DNA of 64,000 nucleotides from a virus: positions 29,121-93,120 of IMG/VR virus record IMGVR_UViG_3300042147_000025, one strand, 5' to 3'. The notes under the pieces are model-generated. The model had not been told where the DNA came from. It saw only the letters and a program-made list of their open reading frames with translations, and did no database searches. The position numbers and the translations under genes are program-made. Of this stretch, positions 1 through 8,771 are shown piece by piece. Position 1 is the first letter of the stretch; every line of letters begins with the position of its first letter.

Positions 1-2
1 TT

Positions 3-383
3 GATGAGCATGAACTTGAGCTATTGAGTGTGAGTCAATCTTCCATCGCACGTCCAATTCTAGAAGAACGAAAGATTGGTAAAGTTCAAATGGATTTGTT
101 TGACTCAGGCTTCCCAAATGCTGTAATGGAAGTTGCAAAGGTAATGACATGGGCCGCCGAAAACAAGGGTTATAAACCACATGATTGGGTTAACCTTCCA
201 GATGCTGAGACTTCTTTCCCATCAGCAGCAAGTCGTCATCGGGTTAAGAGCTTGATTCAAAAGGTTGAAGGATTGCCTGTAAGTGAGCGTGTAGATGAAG
301 AGTCTGCAATCCTTCACAAAGCTCATGAGGCTTTCAATATCCTTGCTGAATTGGAGTTGATGCTGAGAGGGAAGATTAAATGA
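3..383 (+). CDS. dATP/dGTP diphosphohydrolase-like protein (DUF5664 family), 5'-truncated by the window edge
   Basis: Frame is open back to position 3. Motifs AVMEVAKVMTW, KGYKPHDW, AASRH and DEESAILHKAH fit this family. Confidence 0.7.
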   Translation, partial: DEHELELLSVSQSSIARPILEERKIGKVQMDLFDSGFPNAVMEVAKVMTWAAENKGYKPHDWVNLPDAETSFPSAASRHRVKSLIQKVEGLPVSERVDEESAILHKAHEAFNILAELELMLRGKIK

Positions 384-817
384 GACTCCTTGGAATTGAT
401 GTTGACGGCGTGGTAGTTGACACACTAACCCTATACAAACAAGCCTCACCTAACTTGGAAGATCCACTAGACTTCTGGCGAGATGAAAATCTTTATGATA
501 ATCTTGTTCCAATGGAGGGTGCTGTAGAGAAACTTGAACAACTTAGTAAATACTTTGGTATAGTGTTTGTAAGCCGATTGAAAGGTAATCACCACAGGTC
601 GAAAGTGTATTTCTTGAAGAAACATTTTCTGTTTATGACTGGCTTTGTTGGAAGTCATGAAAAATGGATTCTGAATGATTCTCTTGTTGCAATGGTGGAT
701 GATTTAGAGGATAATCTTACTAAGTTTGATGCAGACAAGAGAATTCATTTTGGACAGGGTGAATATAAAGATTGGAATACGTTTGATGTTGAATACTTTT
801 GTGAACAATATTTGTAA
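380..817 (+). CDS. HAD-family 5'(3')-deoxyribonucleotidase
   Basis: Motif I DVDGVV, P(M)EGAVE, motif IV MVDD. Confidence 0.8.
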   Translation: MRLLGIDVDGVVVDTLTLYKQASPNLEDPLDFWRDENLYDNLVPMEGAVEKLEQLSKYFGIVFVSRLKGNHHRSKVYFLKKHFLFMTGFVGSHEKWILNDSLVAMVDDLEDNLTKFDADKRIHFGQGEYKDWNTFDVEYFCEQYL

Positions 818-831
818 TTAAGGGGGGAGTT

Positions 832-1002
832 ATGGAATTTGAATGTGTACACAATGGTGTAATGCCACAAGAATTTGAAGTGGCCTTGTTGGAAGGCAAA
901 GCAATACTCTGTAAAACTTCGATTGGGTGGATTGAAGTGGATATCGAATCTGTAGAAGATTTTCGTAATAATGTAAAATACAAAATTAAGGAGAAGTTGT
1001 GA
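832..1002 (+). CDS. hypothetical protein (56 aa, not in ORF track)
   Basis: GGGGGAG RBS, ATG at 832, TGA overlapping the next GTG start. Confidence 0.65.
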   Translation: MEFECVHNGVMPQEFEVALLEGKAILCKTSIGWIEVDIESVEDFRNNVKYKIKEKL

Positions 1003-1484
1003 GTAAGAAAGAATGTATCAAGTTCGGTTATGCAATCGGTAATCAACCTGCAATGGGCGATCACTGGGAAGTTTGGAAGCAAGTGAAAGCCCAATCCAAG
1101 CTTATCCTAGAAGAAGTAAATGAACTTGAGGATGCCTGTTCAGAGGAAGACCTTCTAGAAGTGTTGGACGCTGTAATGGATATTAAATATCTGAATACAT
1201 ACCTTGAACATCTGCTGGAAGCTTACGGTTGTAAAACTAAGCTTGCTTGGGAGACAGTGTGTTCCAATAATGCTCAGAAGATTACAACTAGCTATACCTA
1301 CGCACAAAGCAGTAAAGAATATCTGGAATCTCGTGAAGAAGGTGAATTCTATATCGATGAAACTTTGTTTGAAGGCGAGCGTCTGTACACTGTAAAACGA
1401 GTTAGTGACAGCAAGGTCATGAAATTGAAATCTCACGTACGGCCAGAACTTACTACTTGTATTCCTGAAGAGTTTAAAGTATGA
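999..1484 (+). CDS. MazG-like / PRA-PH family NTP pyrophosphohydrolase
   Basis: LILEEVNEL...EVLDAVMD acidic motif and the later ETVCSNN. Confidence 0.75.
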   Translation: MSKKECIKFGYAIGNQPAMGDHWEVWKQVKAQSKLILEEVNELEDACSEEDLLEVLDAVMDIKYLNTYLEHLLEAYGCKTKLAWETVCSNNAQKITTSYTYAQSSKEYLESREEGEFYIDETLFEGERLYTVKRVSDSKVMKLKSHVRPELTTCIPEEFKV

Positions 1485-1645
1485 TTCACGCACACGTTCC
1501 AATACAACGACCAAAACCAGACTGGCATGAGTATATCAAGTCTCGTGAAGATTTTGATAAATGGCTCAGTTCAGGAATGTTCTACGTTTACTGGCCTGAT
1601 TTAACTTGGATTGAAGTGCATAAGTATTTGGAGGGAGAAGAATGA
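1481..1645 (+). CDS. hypothetical protein (54 aa, not in ORF track)
   Basis: ATGA overlaps at both ends; fills the gap between neighbours. Confidence 0.6.
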   Translation: MIHAHVPIQRPKPDWHEYIKSREDFDKWLSSGMFYVYWPDLTWIEVHKYLEGEE

Positions 1646-2289
1646 CACAGATTAAAGTAGAACTGCTGGATTCAATGGGGAGTGATTTGGCTGTAGTACA
1701 GGCAGCACGAGTTAGCTTTGCTAAGGATGCAGATTCTGAGTTTGATAATGTAAAAGACGGCAAGCTTATTGGCTACCTTGCAAAGCATAATCACTGGACG
1801 CCCTTCGCCCACACAGCTTTAAAGTTCCGTATTGCAGCGCCTGTGCCGATTCGTACGCAATGTTTTAAGCATAAAGTGGGTATGACCGAGAATGAGGAGA
1901 GTCGTCGGTATATCTCTACAACACCAGAGATTTTTATTCCTGAGTTCTTTCGAAGTAAGCCAGAAGGTAGTATCAAACAAGGCAGTGGAGAGCAACACGA
2001 GGATTCTGATTATTGGGTCGAGCAATACACACTTCAAACTGAACGTTCAGTTGCTGTATATAATCGAATGTTGAATGATGGTGTATGCCCGGAACAAGCT
2101 CGCTTTATCCTTCCACAAGGTGCAATTGTTAATTGGATTTGGACAGGTAATCTGGTAAGCTTCGCTAACTTCTACAACAAGCGAACTGATCCTAATGCTC
2201 AACGTGAAGTGCAAGTAGTTGCCGAATTGGTTGGTAAAGAAGTAGAACGTATTTTCCCAGTTTCGTGGAAAGCATTGACGGAGAAATAA
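1642..2289 (+). CDS. thyX: flavin-dependent thymidylate synthase
   Basis: MGSDLAVVQAARVSF, HNHWTPF, KHKVGMTENEESRRY (ThyX motif variant), PEQARFILP, AQRE. Confidence 0.95.
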   Translation: MTQIKVELLDSMGSDLAVVQAARVSFAKDADSEFDNVKDGKLIGYLAKHNHWTPFAHTALKFRIAAPVPIRTQCFKHKVGMTENEESRRYISTTPEIFIPEFFRSKPEGSIKQGSGEQHEDSDYWVEQYTLQTERSVAVYNRMLNDGVCPEQARFILPQGAIVNWIWTGNLVSFANFYNKRTDPNAQREVQVVAELVGKEVERIFPVSWKALTEK

Positions 2290-2290
2290 A

Positions 2291-2488
2291 ATGATTAATA
2301 ACGAATACACAATTTCCAACTTTATCCAAGAGCTTCAGAATCTTTATATGGTACGACTTGGTATGTCTATCTCGGAATCGAGTAGGTACATCGTTGACAC
2401 TATCGAAGACATTGAGATTGCACTAAATAATGATGTTTCGGCATTTGAATACTTTCAAGAAGATTTAACTAATGGAGTAGAAGTATGA
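2291..2488 (+). CDS. hypothetical protein
   Basis: GGAG RBS; tightly packed in the operon. Confidence 0.6.
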   Translation: MINNEYTISNFIQELQNLYMVRLGMSISESSRYIVDTIEDIEIALNNDVSAFEYFQEDLTNGVEV

Positions 2489-2886
2489 GCAACAAGAATT
2501 TTAATTTCCCAGTGAGTGAATACGATCAATACCTCTCCTTTGTAGATGTTGAGCAACACCCTGAATGGCAAGAAGCTTGGAAAGCTCAAGATAAAGAAAA
2601 AGTAGATGCAATTCTTTATAGCTTCGGAGTTGATCTAGAAAATGGCTACGAAGTAGAAATTAATACTCACCGTACACGCCTTACACAGAAAGTTGAATAT
2701 GGTCCTCGGTTCTCTTTCTCAGAGCGTCAAGATAAAATCTGGAAAGAATCTGGTATGAGTATTGAAGATCAGATTCGTAATTGTGGTGATATATCTCTGC
2801 AAAACATGCTTAGTGGGATGAATAAGTTTGGGTTTGGTAAGTGTGATACGGTTAAGACAGCTGAACAATTGGCTAGTGAATTTTAA
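2485..2886 (+). CDS. hypothetical protein
   Basis: GGAG RBS, ATGA overlap, 133 aa. Confidence 0.7.
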   Translation: MSNKNFNFPVSEYDQYLSFVDVEQHPEWQEAWKAQDKEKVDAILYSFGVDLENGYEVEINTHRTRLTQKVEYGPRFSFSERQDKIWKESGMSIEDQIRNCGDISLQNMLSGMNKFGFGKCDTVKTAEQLASEF

Positions 2887-2899
2887 ATAAGGAGTATTT

Positions 2900-3904
2900 G
2901 TGACAATTGATTTTGATAAGAAAACACAGATTCAAACACCAACACTAAGTTACGCACGACACTACCCTAAGCTTGTAGAGATGGCTAACAAGCAACTAGA
3001 AGAACAACTTTGGTTTAGTTCTGAAATGACTGTAGAGCTGGATAAGATGCAACTCCTGTACGAGTTGACACCAGAACAACTTCACGCAGTGAAGACAGTT
3101 TTGCAGTTGTTCCTTCGTTATGAGTTGATCGTAGGTGAAGAGTTTTGGAATACTCTTGTTATTAAAGAGTTCCCACGGCCTGAAGTGAAGCTTGCAGCAA
3201 GTGTTGTTGGTATGACCGAGTTGGCGATTCATAGTGAGTTCTACAATCAAATCAATGTACAGCTAGGTTTGGATAAAGATGAGGATTACCTAGCCTATAT
3301 TGATGATCCAGAGCTTAAAGGGCGTGTTGATTGGTTGGATGATATCTTAACTGGGGAAGATAAGCTTCTTGCAACAATCATCTTTGGTATGACTGAAACT
3401 GCTTTGTTGTTCTCAAGCTTTGCTATCCTGAAGAGTTTTCAATCTAACGGGTACAACTTGATTCCCGTGATTGCACGAGGCACCAATCAGTCAGCCATTG
3501 ATGAAGATTTGCATGGGCAGATTGCAGCAGAGATTATCAACACACGGTATGCTGAACTTGGTTATACTTTGAAAGATGATAAACAACGAGTAATTAAGAT
3601 TTACGAAGCTGTTGATTACGCTTACACTCACGAATGTCGGATTATTGATCTTGCTATTTTGAAAGACACATTCAACGGTCAAAGTAAAGAAGACTATAAA
3701 ATCTTTGTACAACACCGATTGAACATCTTCTTGGAGCGACTAGGTCTTGATCCTGCATTCCCTGAAATTCATTCTAAGATTGCAGACTGGTTCGAACAGA
3801 ATACATATGCTTATAAAGTTATTGACTTCTTCTCTGCTGGCTTAGGTATGGAATATGAGAGTGGTTGGAACGAAAAGAAATTTACATCAGCTTGGGAGGG
3901 CTAA
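2900..3904 (+). CDS. nrdB: class I ribonucleotide reductase beta subunit
   Basis: Ferritin-like ligand pattern YE..., ELAIHSEFY, TETALLFSSF, DEDLH; C-terminal DFF...Y; directly upstream of nrdA. Confidence 0.9.
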   Translation: MTIDFDKKTQIQTPTLSYARHYPKLVEMANKQLEEQLWFSSEMTVELDKMQLLYELTPEQLHAVKTVLQLFLRYELIVGEEFWNTLVIKEFPRPEVKLAASVVGMTELAIHSEFYNQINVQLGLDKDEDYLAYIDDPELKGRVDWLDDILTGEDKLLATIIFGMTETALLFSSFAILKSFQSNGYNLIPVIARGTNQSAIDEDLHGQIAAEIINTRYAELGYTLKDDKQRVIKIYEAVDYAYTHECRIIDLAILKDTFNGQSKEDYKIFVQHRLNIFLERLGLDPAFPEIHSKIADWFEQNTYAYKVIDFFSAGLGMEYESGWNEKKFTSAWEG

Positions 3905-5637
3905 TGATTAACTATTCAGAAATGCGAAAGACACAACAAGCGGAAGGTGAAGTACCTGAGTGGTTTACTACTGGTGGTTTGCAACTGTTTCATAATAAGT
4001 ATGCTTACAAGGGTGAGTCAGTAAAGAGTCGCTTCAAAGGTGTAGCTAAAGCAATGGCTAAACATGCACCTAAAGTTTATCCTGAGTGGTGGGGTACTGA
4101 CCCTTACACAGTTGGTAAGACTTGGGAAGATGCTTTCTTTGCAACAATGTGGGATGGTTATATCAGTTGCTCAACACCTCTGTTGGCTAATGGTGGTTTG
4201 CGTAAACGAGGCACTACAGTCAGTTGTGCTGGGGGTTATGTAGGTAACAATCTTTTTGATCGCTACAATGCAATCACTGAGGCAGCTATCCTGACTAAAC
4301 ACAGTCATGGTACAAGTTACTCGATTGACCACTGGCCTCATGAGGGTGCAGAGTTGCGTCGAGGTGGTCGAAGTCTCGGTGTTATGCCGGTCATTCGGGA
4401 CTTTATCGCGGTAATGGAGGAGGTAACTCAGGGTAGTCGTCGAGGCAGTCTGGCATATAGTATTCGCCCTCAACATAACGATTTCGATGAGGTTGTAAAG
4501 TACCTCTACGCACGTACCGAGTCGAATAATGTGGGCTGGTTGATTGATGATGACTTCATCCGTTTGATGGATGATAAAGACGAAGAGTCCCATCGTAAGT
4601 GGCAGCGAATGTTGGGTGTTAAGCTTCCTCGGGGGAAAGGCTACTTCACATTTATTTCTAAGATGAATCGTCACCTTGCAGAAGCATTTCGACGTAAGGG
4701 TATGACTGTAAAGGCCAGCAACTTATGTCAGGAGACATGTCTGCCATCGGATGAAGATTACACGTTCAGTTGTGTGATTTTGAACTACAACTTGGAGCTT
4801 TATCGTGAGTGGCCTGAGCACTTGGTATTCATCGGTCAAGTGATGAGTGACTGCAATATTAGCGAATACCTTGAAACTATGGATGATATGACTGAGCTTG
4901 ATAAACAAGCAATGCATAAAATCTACCGCTTCACTAAAGAGTTTCGCTCCCTTGGCAGCGGTGTATTGGGCTGGCACACCCTGATGCAGAAAGAACGTTT
5001 GAGTGTTAGTAGTTTGGAATGTATGTTTCTTAATACTAAAATCTTTAAAGGTTTGGATGAGGAATCGAAGAAAGCAACACAATGGTTGGCTGGCGTGCTT
5101 GGTGAACCACTTGGTTGTATGGGGTTGGGTATTCGTAATGCTACTCGTTTGATGATGCCTCCTACCAAAAGCTCCGCAGAGATTATGGCTGGTGCTTCTG
5201 AAGGTATTGGTCTTGACATTGCAATGGCTTTCACTAAACAGTCTGCGGGTGGGGAGTTCTTCCGCTTGAACAAAGTTCTCCTTGAGTTGATGAAGGAGAA
5301 AGGCGTTTACTCTGACGAGACAGTACAAGAGATTATTAATGATAAAGGCAGTGTGCAGAAAGTTAGTTGGTTGACAGAAGAAGAGAAAGCTGTATTCCGA
5401 ACAGGATTTGAAGTTCCTGCTGAAGATTATCTTCGTCTGTGTTCTCAACGGCAAAAGTATATTGATCAGGCACAATCGATTAATTTGTACTTCACCTCAA
5501 ATGATAGCGAAGAATATATTAGTCGTATTCACAAACTCGCAATGGAAGATGAGGGTATTTTGAGTTTGTATTACATTTACTCAATGCGTGGTGCTGGTGA
5601 TATCTCTCGCGTGGAGGTTTGTGAGATGTGTCAATAA
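3904..5637 (+). CDS. nrdA: class I ribonucleotide reductase alpha subunit (start ATG 3904)
   Basis: STPLLAN, VSC, SNLCQE (NxCxE), PTKSS, IDQAQSINL, SLYY, C-terminal CEMCQ. Confidence 0.95.
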   Translation: MINYSEMRKTQQAEGEVPEWFTTGGLQLFHNKYAYKGESVKSRFKGVAKAMAKHAPKVYPEWWGTDPYTVGKTWEDAFFATMWDGYISCSTPLLANGGLRKRGTTVSCAGGYVGNNLFDRYNAITEAAILTKHSHGTSYSIDHWPHEGAELRRGGRSLGVMPVIRDFIAVMEEVTQGSRRGSLAYSIRPQHNDFDEVVKYLYARTESNNVGWLIDDDFIRLMDDKDEESHRKWQRMLGVKLPRGKGYFTFISKMNRHLAEAFRRKGMTVKASNLCQETCLPSDEDYTFSCVILNYNLELYREWPEHLVFIGQVMSDCNISEYLETMDDMTELDKQAMHKIYRFTKEFRSLGSGVLGWHTLMQKERLSVSSLECMFLNTKIFKGLDEESKKATQWLAGVLGEPLGCMGLGIRNATRLMMPPTKSSAEIMAGASEGIGLDIAMAFTKQSAGGEFFRLNKVLLELMKEKGVYSDETVQEIINDKGSVQKVSWLTEEEKAVFRTGFEVPAEDYLRLCSQRQKYIDQAQSINLYFTSNDSEEYISRIHKLAMEDEGILSLYYIYSMRGAGDISRVEVCEMCQ

Positions 5638-5643
5638 CTTTTA

Positions 5644-5667
5644 AAGCCCCTTAATTGGGGCTATTTC
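5644..5667 (+). terminator. intrinsic terminator-like hairpin after nrdA
   Basis: AGCCCC-TTAATT-GGGGCT followed by ATTTCT. Confidence 0.55.
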
Positions 5668-5681
5668 TATTTGGAGAACTT

Positions 5682-6461
5682 ATGTTTAGATTTATCTATA
5701 AGACAACGAATAATTTGAATGGTATGTACTATATTGGCATGCATAGAACAGACAACTTAGAAGACGGGTATCTGGGGTCTGGTAGGCAACTACTAAAAGC
5801 TTTTGTTGAACAAGGGAGGTCTACATTCACAAAAGAGATTCTAGAGTTTGCTGAAACAGACGAAGAGCTTATGCTTTTAGAGAAACAATATGTAAATATA
5901 GATGTTGTAGAGGACAGTAATTCTTATAATATGACTACAGGAGGTGCTGGGAGGTTGTCATATGGAGAAAGCTGCAATTTCAGTGAAGAGGGACTAGAAC
6001 GCCTGAGAAATAGTGGTAAACGTTATATAGGAGAGAATAACCCTTTTTATGGTAAGACACATACTGAAGAAACTCGTGAAATTCTTTCCTTGAATGCCAG
6101 TAAGAAAGTGGGAGAATTAAACCCTTTCTTCGGGAAGACACATTCAGAGGAGTTTAAAAGAAAAGCTTCTGAGATGAGACTAGGTAAAAATAAGAGCAAC
6201 ACACCGTCTATGGCGATAAGATCTTGGAACCAATCCACGGGATGGTGGTGTACACCCACAGGCTGCTACACCAGTGACAGAGATGCTGCCTTGTTTACAG
6301 AGATTGGTAGAAATTGCATTAGGGCTTGGTGCAAGAGCCCAGATAAAATTGTCAGGAAAAACTATCAAATTCCTGAACATTACTGGGGTAAGACTTGGAA
6401 GGAGAATGGTTTTTACTTCCTACCTAAAATAAAGTTTGACATAGCTTTGAAAGAAGCCTAA
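5682..6461 (+). CDS. free-standing GIY-YIG homing endonuclease (Seg-like) with NUMOD3 repeats
   Basis: FIYKTTN...YYIG, YLGSG, YNMTTGG, two GENNPFYGKTHTEE-type repeats. Confidence 0.9.
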   Translation: MFRFIYKTTNNLNGMYYIGMHRTDNLEDGYLGSGRQLLKAFVEQGRSTFTKEILEFAETDEELMLLEKQYVNIDVVEDSNSYNMTTGGAGRLSYGESCNFSEEGLERLRNSGKRYIGENNPFYGKTHTEETREILSLNASKKVGELNPFFGKTHSEEFKRKASEMRLGKNKSNTPSMAIRSWNQSTGWWCTPTGCYTSDRDAALFTEIGRNCIRAWCKSPDKIVRKNYQIPEHYWGKTWKENGFYFLPKIKFDIALKEA

Positions 6462-6464
6462 ACT
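6436..6464 (+). promoter_or_regulatory. sigma70 promoter
   Basis: TTGACA-17 nt-TAAACT. Confidence 0.7.
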
Positions 6465-6466
6465 AC

Positions 6467-6500
6467 AGACCATAGGCGAAAGCTTGTGGTCTTTTTCTTT
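6467..6500 (+). terminator. GAAA-loop hairpin with U-tract
   Basis: AGACCATAGGC-GAAA-GCTTGTGGTCT-TTTT. Confidence 0.6.
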
Positions 6501-6514
6501 GCGGAGAAATTAAA

Positions 6515-6982
6515 TTGAGATATTCAAAAGGTAAATGGATTGCATCTTACAGAGACACCTACTCTCTAGACTGCACCCTATCTCCAATAATCTACGCTGG
6601 ACTCTTACGCTTTCACGAAGTATTGGAGAAACGTAACAAAGAAGGCGGTTGTCTAGGTGTCCCGAGTGAATACTGTGCTAACCCTGATGTTGATGTCACA
6701 GACCAAGAAGTACAAGATTGGCTAGACGACATCAAGAAAATGATGTATTCTTTTGAGAACAAAGAGCCTGACATGGATTTGTATAATTTCAAGCTAACAA
6801 CAGTTCCATATGAGGATGATGTTACAAAGTCATATGAATCAGAGTATGGTAGGTCATTCAAAATAGAGTGTGATAATGAGGAAGAGAAAGCTAGGTACTA
6901 TGCTGACTTGGATGCGCATGAGAAGAAGGTTCAAGAGGGTTTGAATCTCTTTGCAAATAAATATAAATCATTATGGTGGTGA
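6515..6982 (+). CDS. hypothetical phage protein
   Basis: GGAG RBS, TTG start, 155 aa ending YKSLWW. Confidence 0.75.
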   Translation: MRYSKGKWIASYRDTYSLDCTLSPIIYAGLLRFHEVLEKRNKEGGCLGVPSEYCANPDVDVTDQEVQDWLDDIKKMMYSFENKEPDMDLYNFKLTTVPYEDDVTKSYESEYGRSFKIECDNEEEKARYYADLDAHEKKVQEGLNLFANKYKSLWW

Positions 6983-6986
6983 TAAA

Positions 6987-7166
6987 ATGAAAGGCTATGA
7001 AGATCTAGTTGCAGGCTTGCTCTTACTGATTGTTATACTGATCGGTGGTTACACTTACCTAAACTCGCAGGTGATTAAACAAAGAGAGGTGTTGCAAGTA
7101 CCAGCAGCAGCAGAGAAGAATGTTGAGAAAAGAGCTTTTGAGTCATTATCAAAGGTAACTGAATAA
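6987..7166 (+). CDS. small membrane protein
   Basis: One N-terminal hydrophobic helix. Confidence 0.55.
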   Translation: MKGYEDLVAGLLLLIVILIGGYTYLNSQVIKQREVLQVPAAAEKNVEKRAFESLSKVTE

Positions 7167-7180
7167 CTTTATTATAGACG

Positions 7181-7221
7181 AAAAGAAGCCGAGGCTCCGT
7201 AATTGGATGACCTCGGCTTTA
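7181..7221. terminator. bidirectional terminator between convergent transcription units
   Basis: AAGCCGAGG...CCTCGGCTT flanked by A and T tracts at the point where the strands converge. Confidence 0.75.
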
Positions 7222-7283
7222 GTATTTCTGAGATATAGTGAATGGCGTCACTAATCAAATGTCTTCTAGGGAAGTTCTTATTC

Positions 7284-7622
7284 TTAGTTATTCTGAATTT
7301 GCAAATTATTTTGAATCACTTTTTGATTCAATTTCTTATCACTTTGCAACTCTTTAACCCGAAGCTCCAACACATAAATACGCTGGTCAGTACTAACTTG
7401 ATAATCATCCTGTCTTTCAGAAGTTTTATTAACCCTCTGTTCAAGATAATCTGTATTATTAGCAACCACTTTCATAATGTCCTGCCTTACTAAAGTAAGC
7501 TTCTGTCCATAGTTATTAACGTTTGCGTTATCACTTGAATTAGACATCAAGATTGCTATCAGAATTGTAGACAAAATAAGATAAGCTACAGTTGCTGTTC
7601 GATCCAATACCTTCCAGATCAT
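7284..7622 (-). CDS. membrane-anchored coiled-coil protein, end of lysis cassette
   Basis: N-terminal TM segment, heptad-rich body, GGAGG RBS. Confidence 0.65.
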   Translation of the reverse strand: MIWKVLDRTATVAYLILSTILIAILMSNSSDNANVNNYGQKLTLVRQDIMKVVANNTDYLEQRVNKTSERQDDYQVSTDQRIYVLELRVKELQSDKKLNQKVIQNNLQIQNN

Positions 7623-7634
7623 TGGACCTCCAGA

Positions 7635-7916
7635 TTACTTTCGTTTGTTTATCGATCCAAAATACAGGTCTAAACGAGCAAGCAAATCAGAACGCATCCC
7701 TTCAATGTTAGTTACTAGTCGTTGCTCTGTATCCTTGAGCTGTTGATTACTTACTTTGTCTGTGTAGAGGAATAAAACTCTACTCTCAAGCTCTTTGTTC
7801 TGTGTTCGGATATCTTGGATAACTAGCATACCGAGAGCCATCACTACAGAGAGAAGTCCTATAGCAAATTTTTCCCAAATAGCTGTAATGCGGGTGTTAG
7901 CTGAGTCATTTGGCAT
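7635..7916 (-). CDS. single-TM protein in lysis cassette (possible holin/antiholin-like)
   Basis: Start MPNDSAN; TM FAIGLLSVVMALGMLVI followed by coiled coil. Confidence 0.6.
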   Translation of the reverse strand: MPNDSANTRITAIWEKFAIGLLSVVMALGMLVIQDIRTQNKELESRVLFLYTDKVSNQQLKDTEQRLVTNIEGMRSDLLARLDLYFGSINKRK

Positions 7917-8196
7917 TCTTGTACAGCTCCATCTGAGACTTCTTGTTTTTACGGATAGCATCCATTTGCTTTTCCCACAAACCAATACACCCTACATTAC
8001 GATTCTGTGCAAGAGCTAGATCAATCAAACTCTCACCAGCAGGTTTTGCACGGCACGGGCTCACAAGAAGTGCATCACTTGGGTAGACATTGGTTATCAT
8101 TGGGGTAGGTGGTGCAATAACCTTGTTTGAGCAGGCTGACAATGTTATCAGAAAGCAACCCATCATCAGGCAAGACATTAGGTTTAAGATTTTCAT
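7906..8196 (-). CDS. o-spanin (Rz1-like lipoprotein)
   Basis: Lipobox LSAC, Pro-rich linker, overlaps the i-spanin in another frame. Confidence 0.8.
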   Translation of the reverse strand: MKILNLMSCLMMGCFLITLSACSNKVIAPPTPMITNVYPSDALLVSPCRAKPAGESLIDLALAQNRNVGCIGLWEKQMDAIRKNKKSQMELYKNAK

Positions 8197-8518
8197 TCTT
8201 AATGTTCTCTTGTTTGGCTGCTACAGGAGGCTTACCTAAAGGTAAGCGTAGCTTTTCAATATTATCAGATATCACTTCAATTTTAGTTTTAAGATCCTTT
8301 TTGCCAGCTTCCACTTCAACCACACTAACACTGTCAATCTGACAGCTTAAACCTTTCAAGTTAAGGGACTTTTGCATATCAGAATTGACGTTAATGGCCA
8401 CTACTAGTGCTTGCTCAGCTATGAGCTTATCGTCGTGTAGAGATAGAGAAAGCCAGCCTAAAGAGAGGGTACTTGCAAACAAACCGAGAATGATATAGGA
8501 CATCCAGCTATTGAACAT
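8075..8518 (-). CDS. i-spanin (Rz-like)
   Basis: N-terminal TM, coiled coil, C-terminal Cys pair; overlaps o-spanin. Confidence 0.75.
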   Translation of the reverse strand: MFNSWMSYIILGLFASTLSLGWLSLSLHDDKLIAEQALVVAINVNSDMQKSLNLKGLSCQIDSVSVVEVEAGKKDLKTKIEVISDNIEKLRLPLGKPPVAAKQENIKNENLKPNVLPDDGLLSDNIVSLLKQGYCTTYPNDNQCLPK

Positions 8519-8771
8519 TCTCTTCATCCTCTTTCTTATCAAGAGTGGGTTGGTGTATTAGCCTACCAATTAGCCCCAACAATCCAAACAAAATAGCTAA
8601 ACTAATTACAAGCTTAAAGGCAAAATATACGTTTATAACACCAAGCACGGACAAGCCTGTTACAGATACGGCTTGCAGAATGTTAGCTAAACTAAAAACT
8701 ACAGAATAACTTTTCCAAAGCTTCTTCCAATTACCCACTAGAGATACTTTAGAAATGTTCTTCATTTTCAT
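8508..8771 (-). CDS. holin with possible Met-Lys-Met dual start
   Basis: 87 aa, two or more hydrophobic segments, charged C-terminal tail, between endolysin and spanins. Confidence 0.7.
   Translation of the reverse strand: MKMKNISKVSLVGNWKKLWKSYSVVFSLANILQAVSVTGLSVLGVINVYFAFKLVISLAILFGLLGLIGRLIHQPTLDKKEDEENVQ

Noticed and set aside
4171-5475. Long - strand ORFs inside nrdA
   Set aside because: Antisense shadows of a well-supported gene.
5655-6461. Intron around the GIY-YIG gene after nrdA
   Set aside because: nrdA is complete (ends CEMCQ) and no group I core is visible; the HEG is free-standing.
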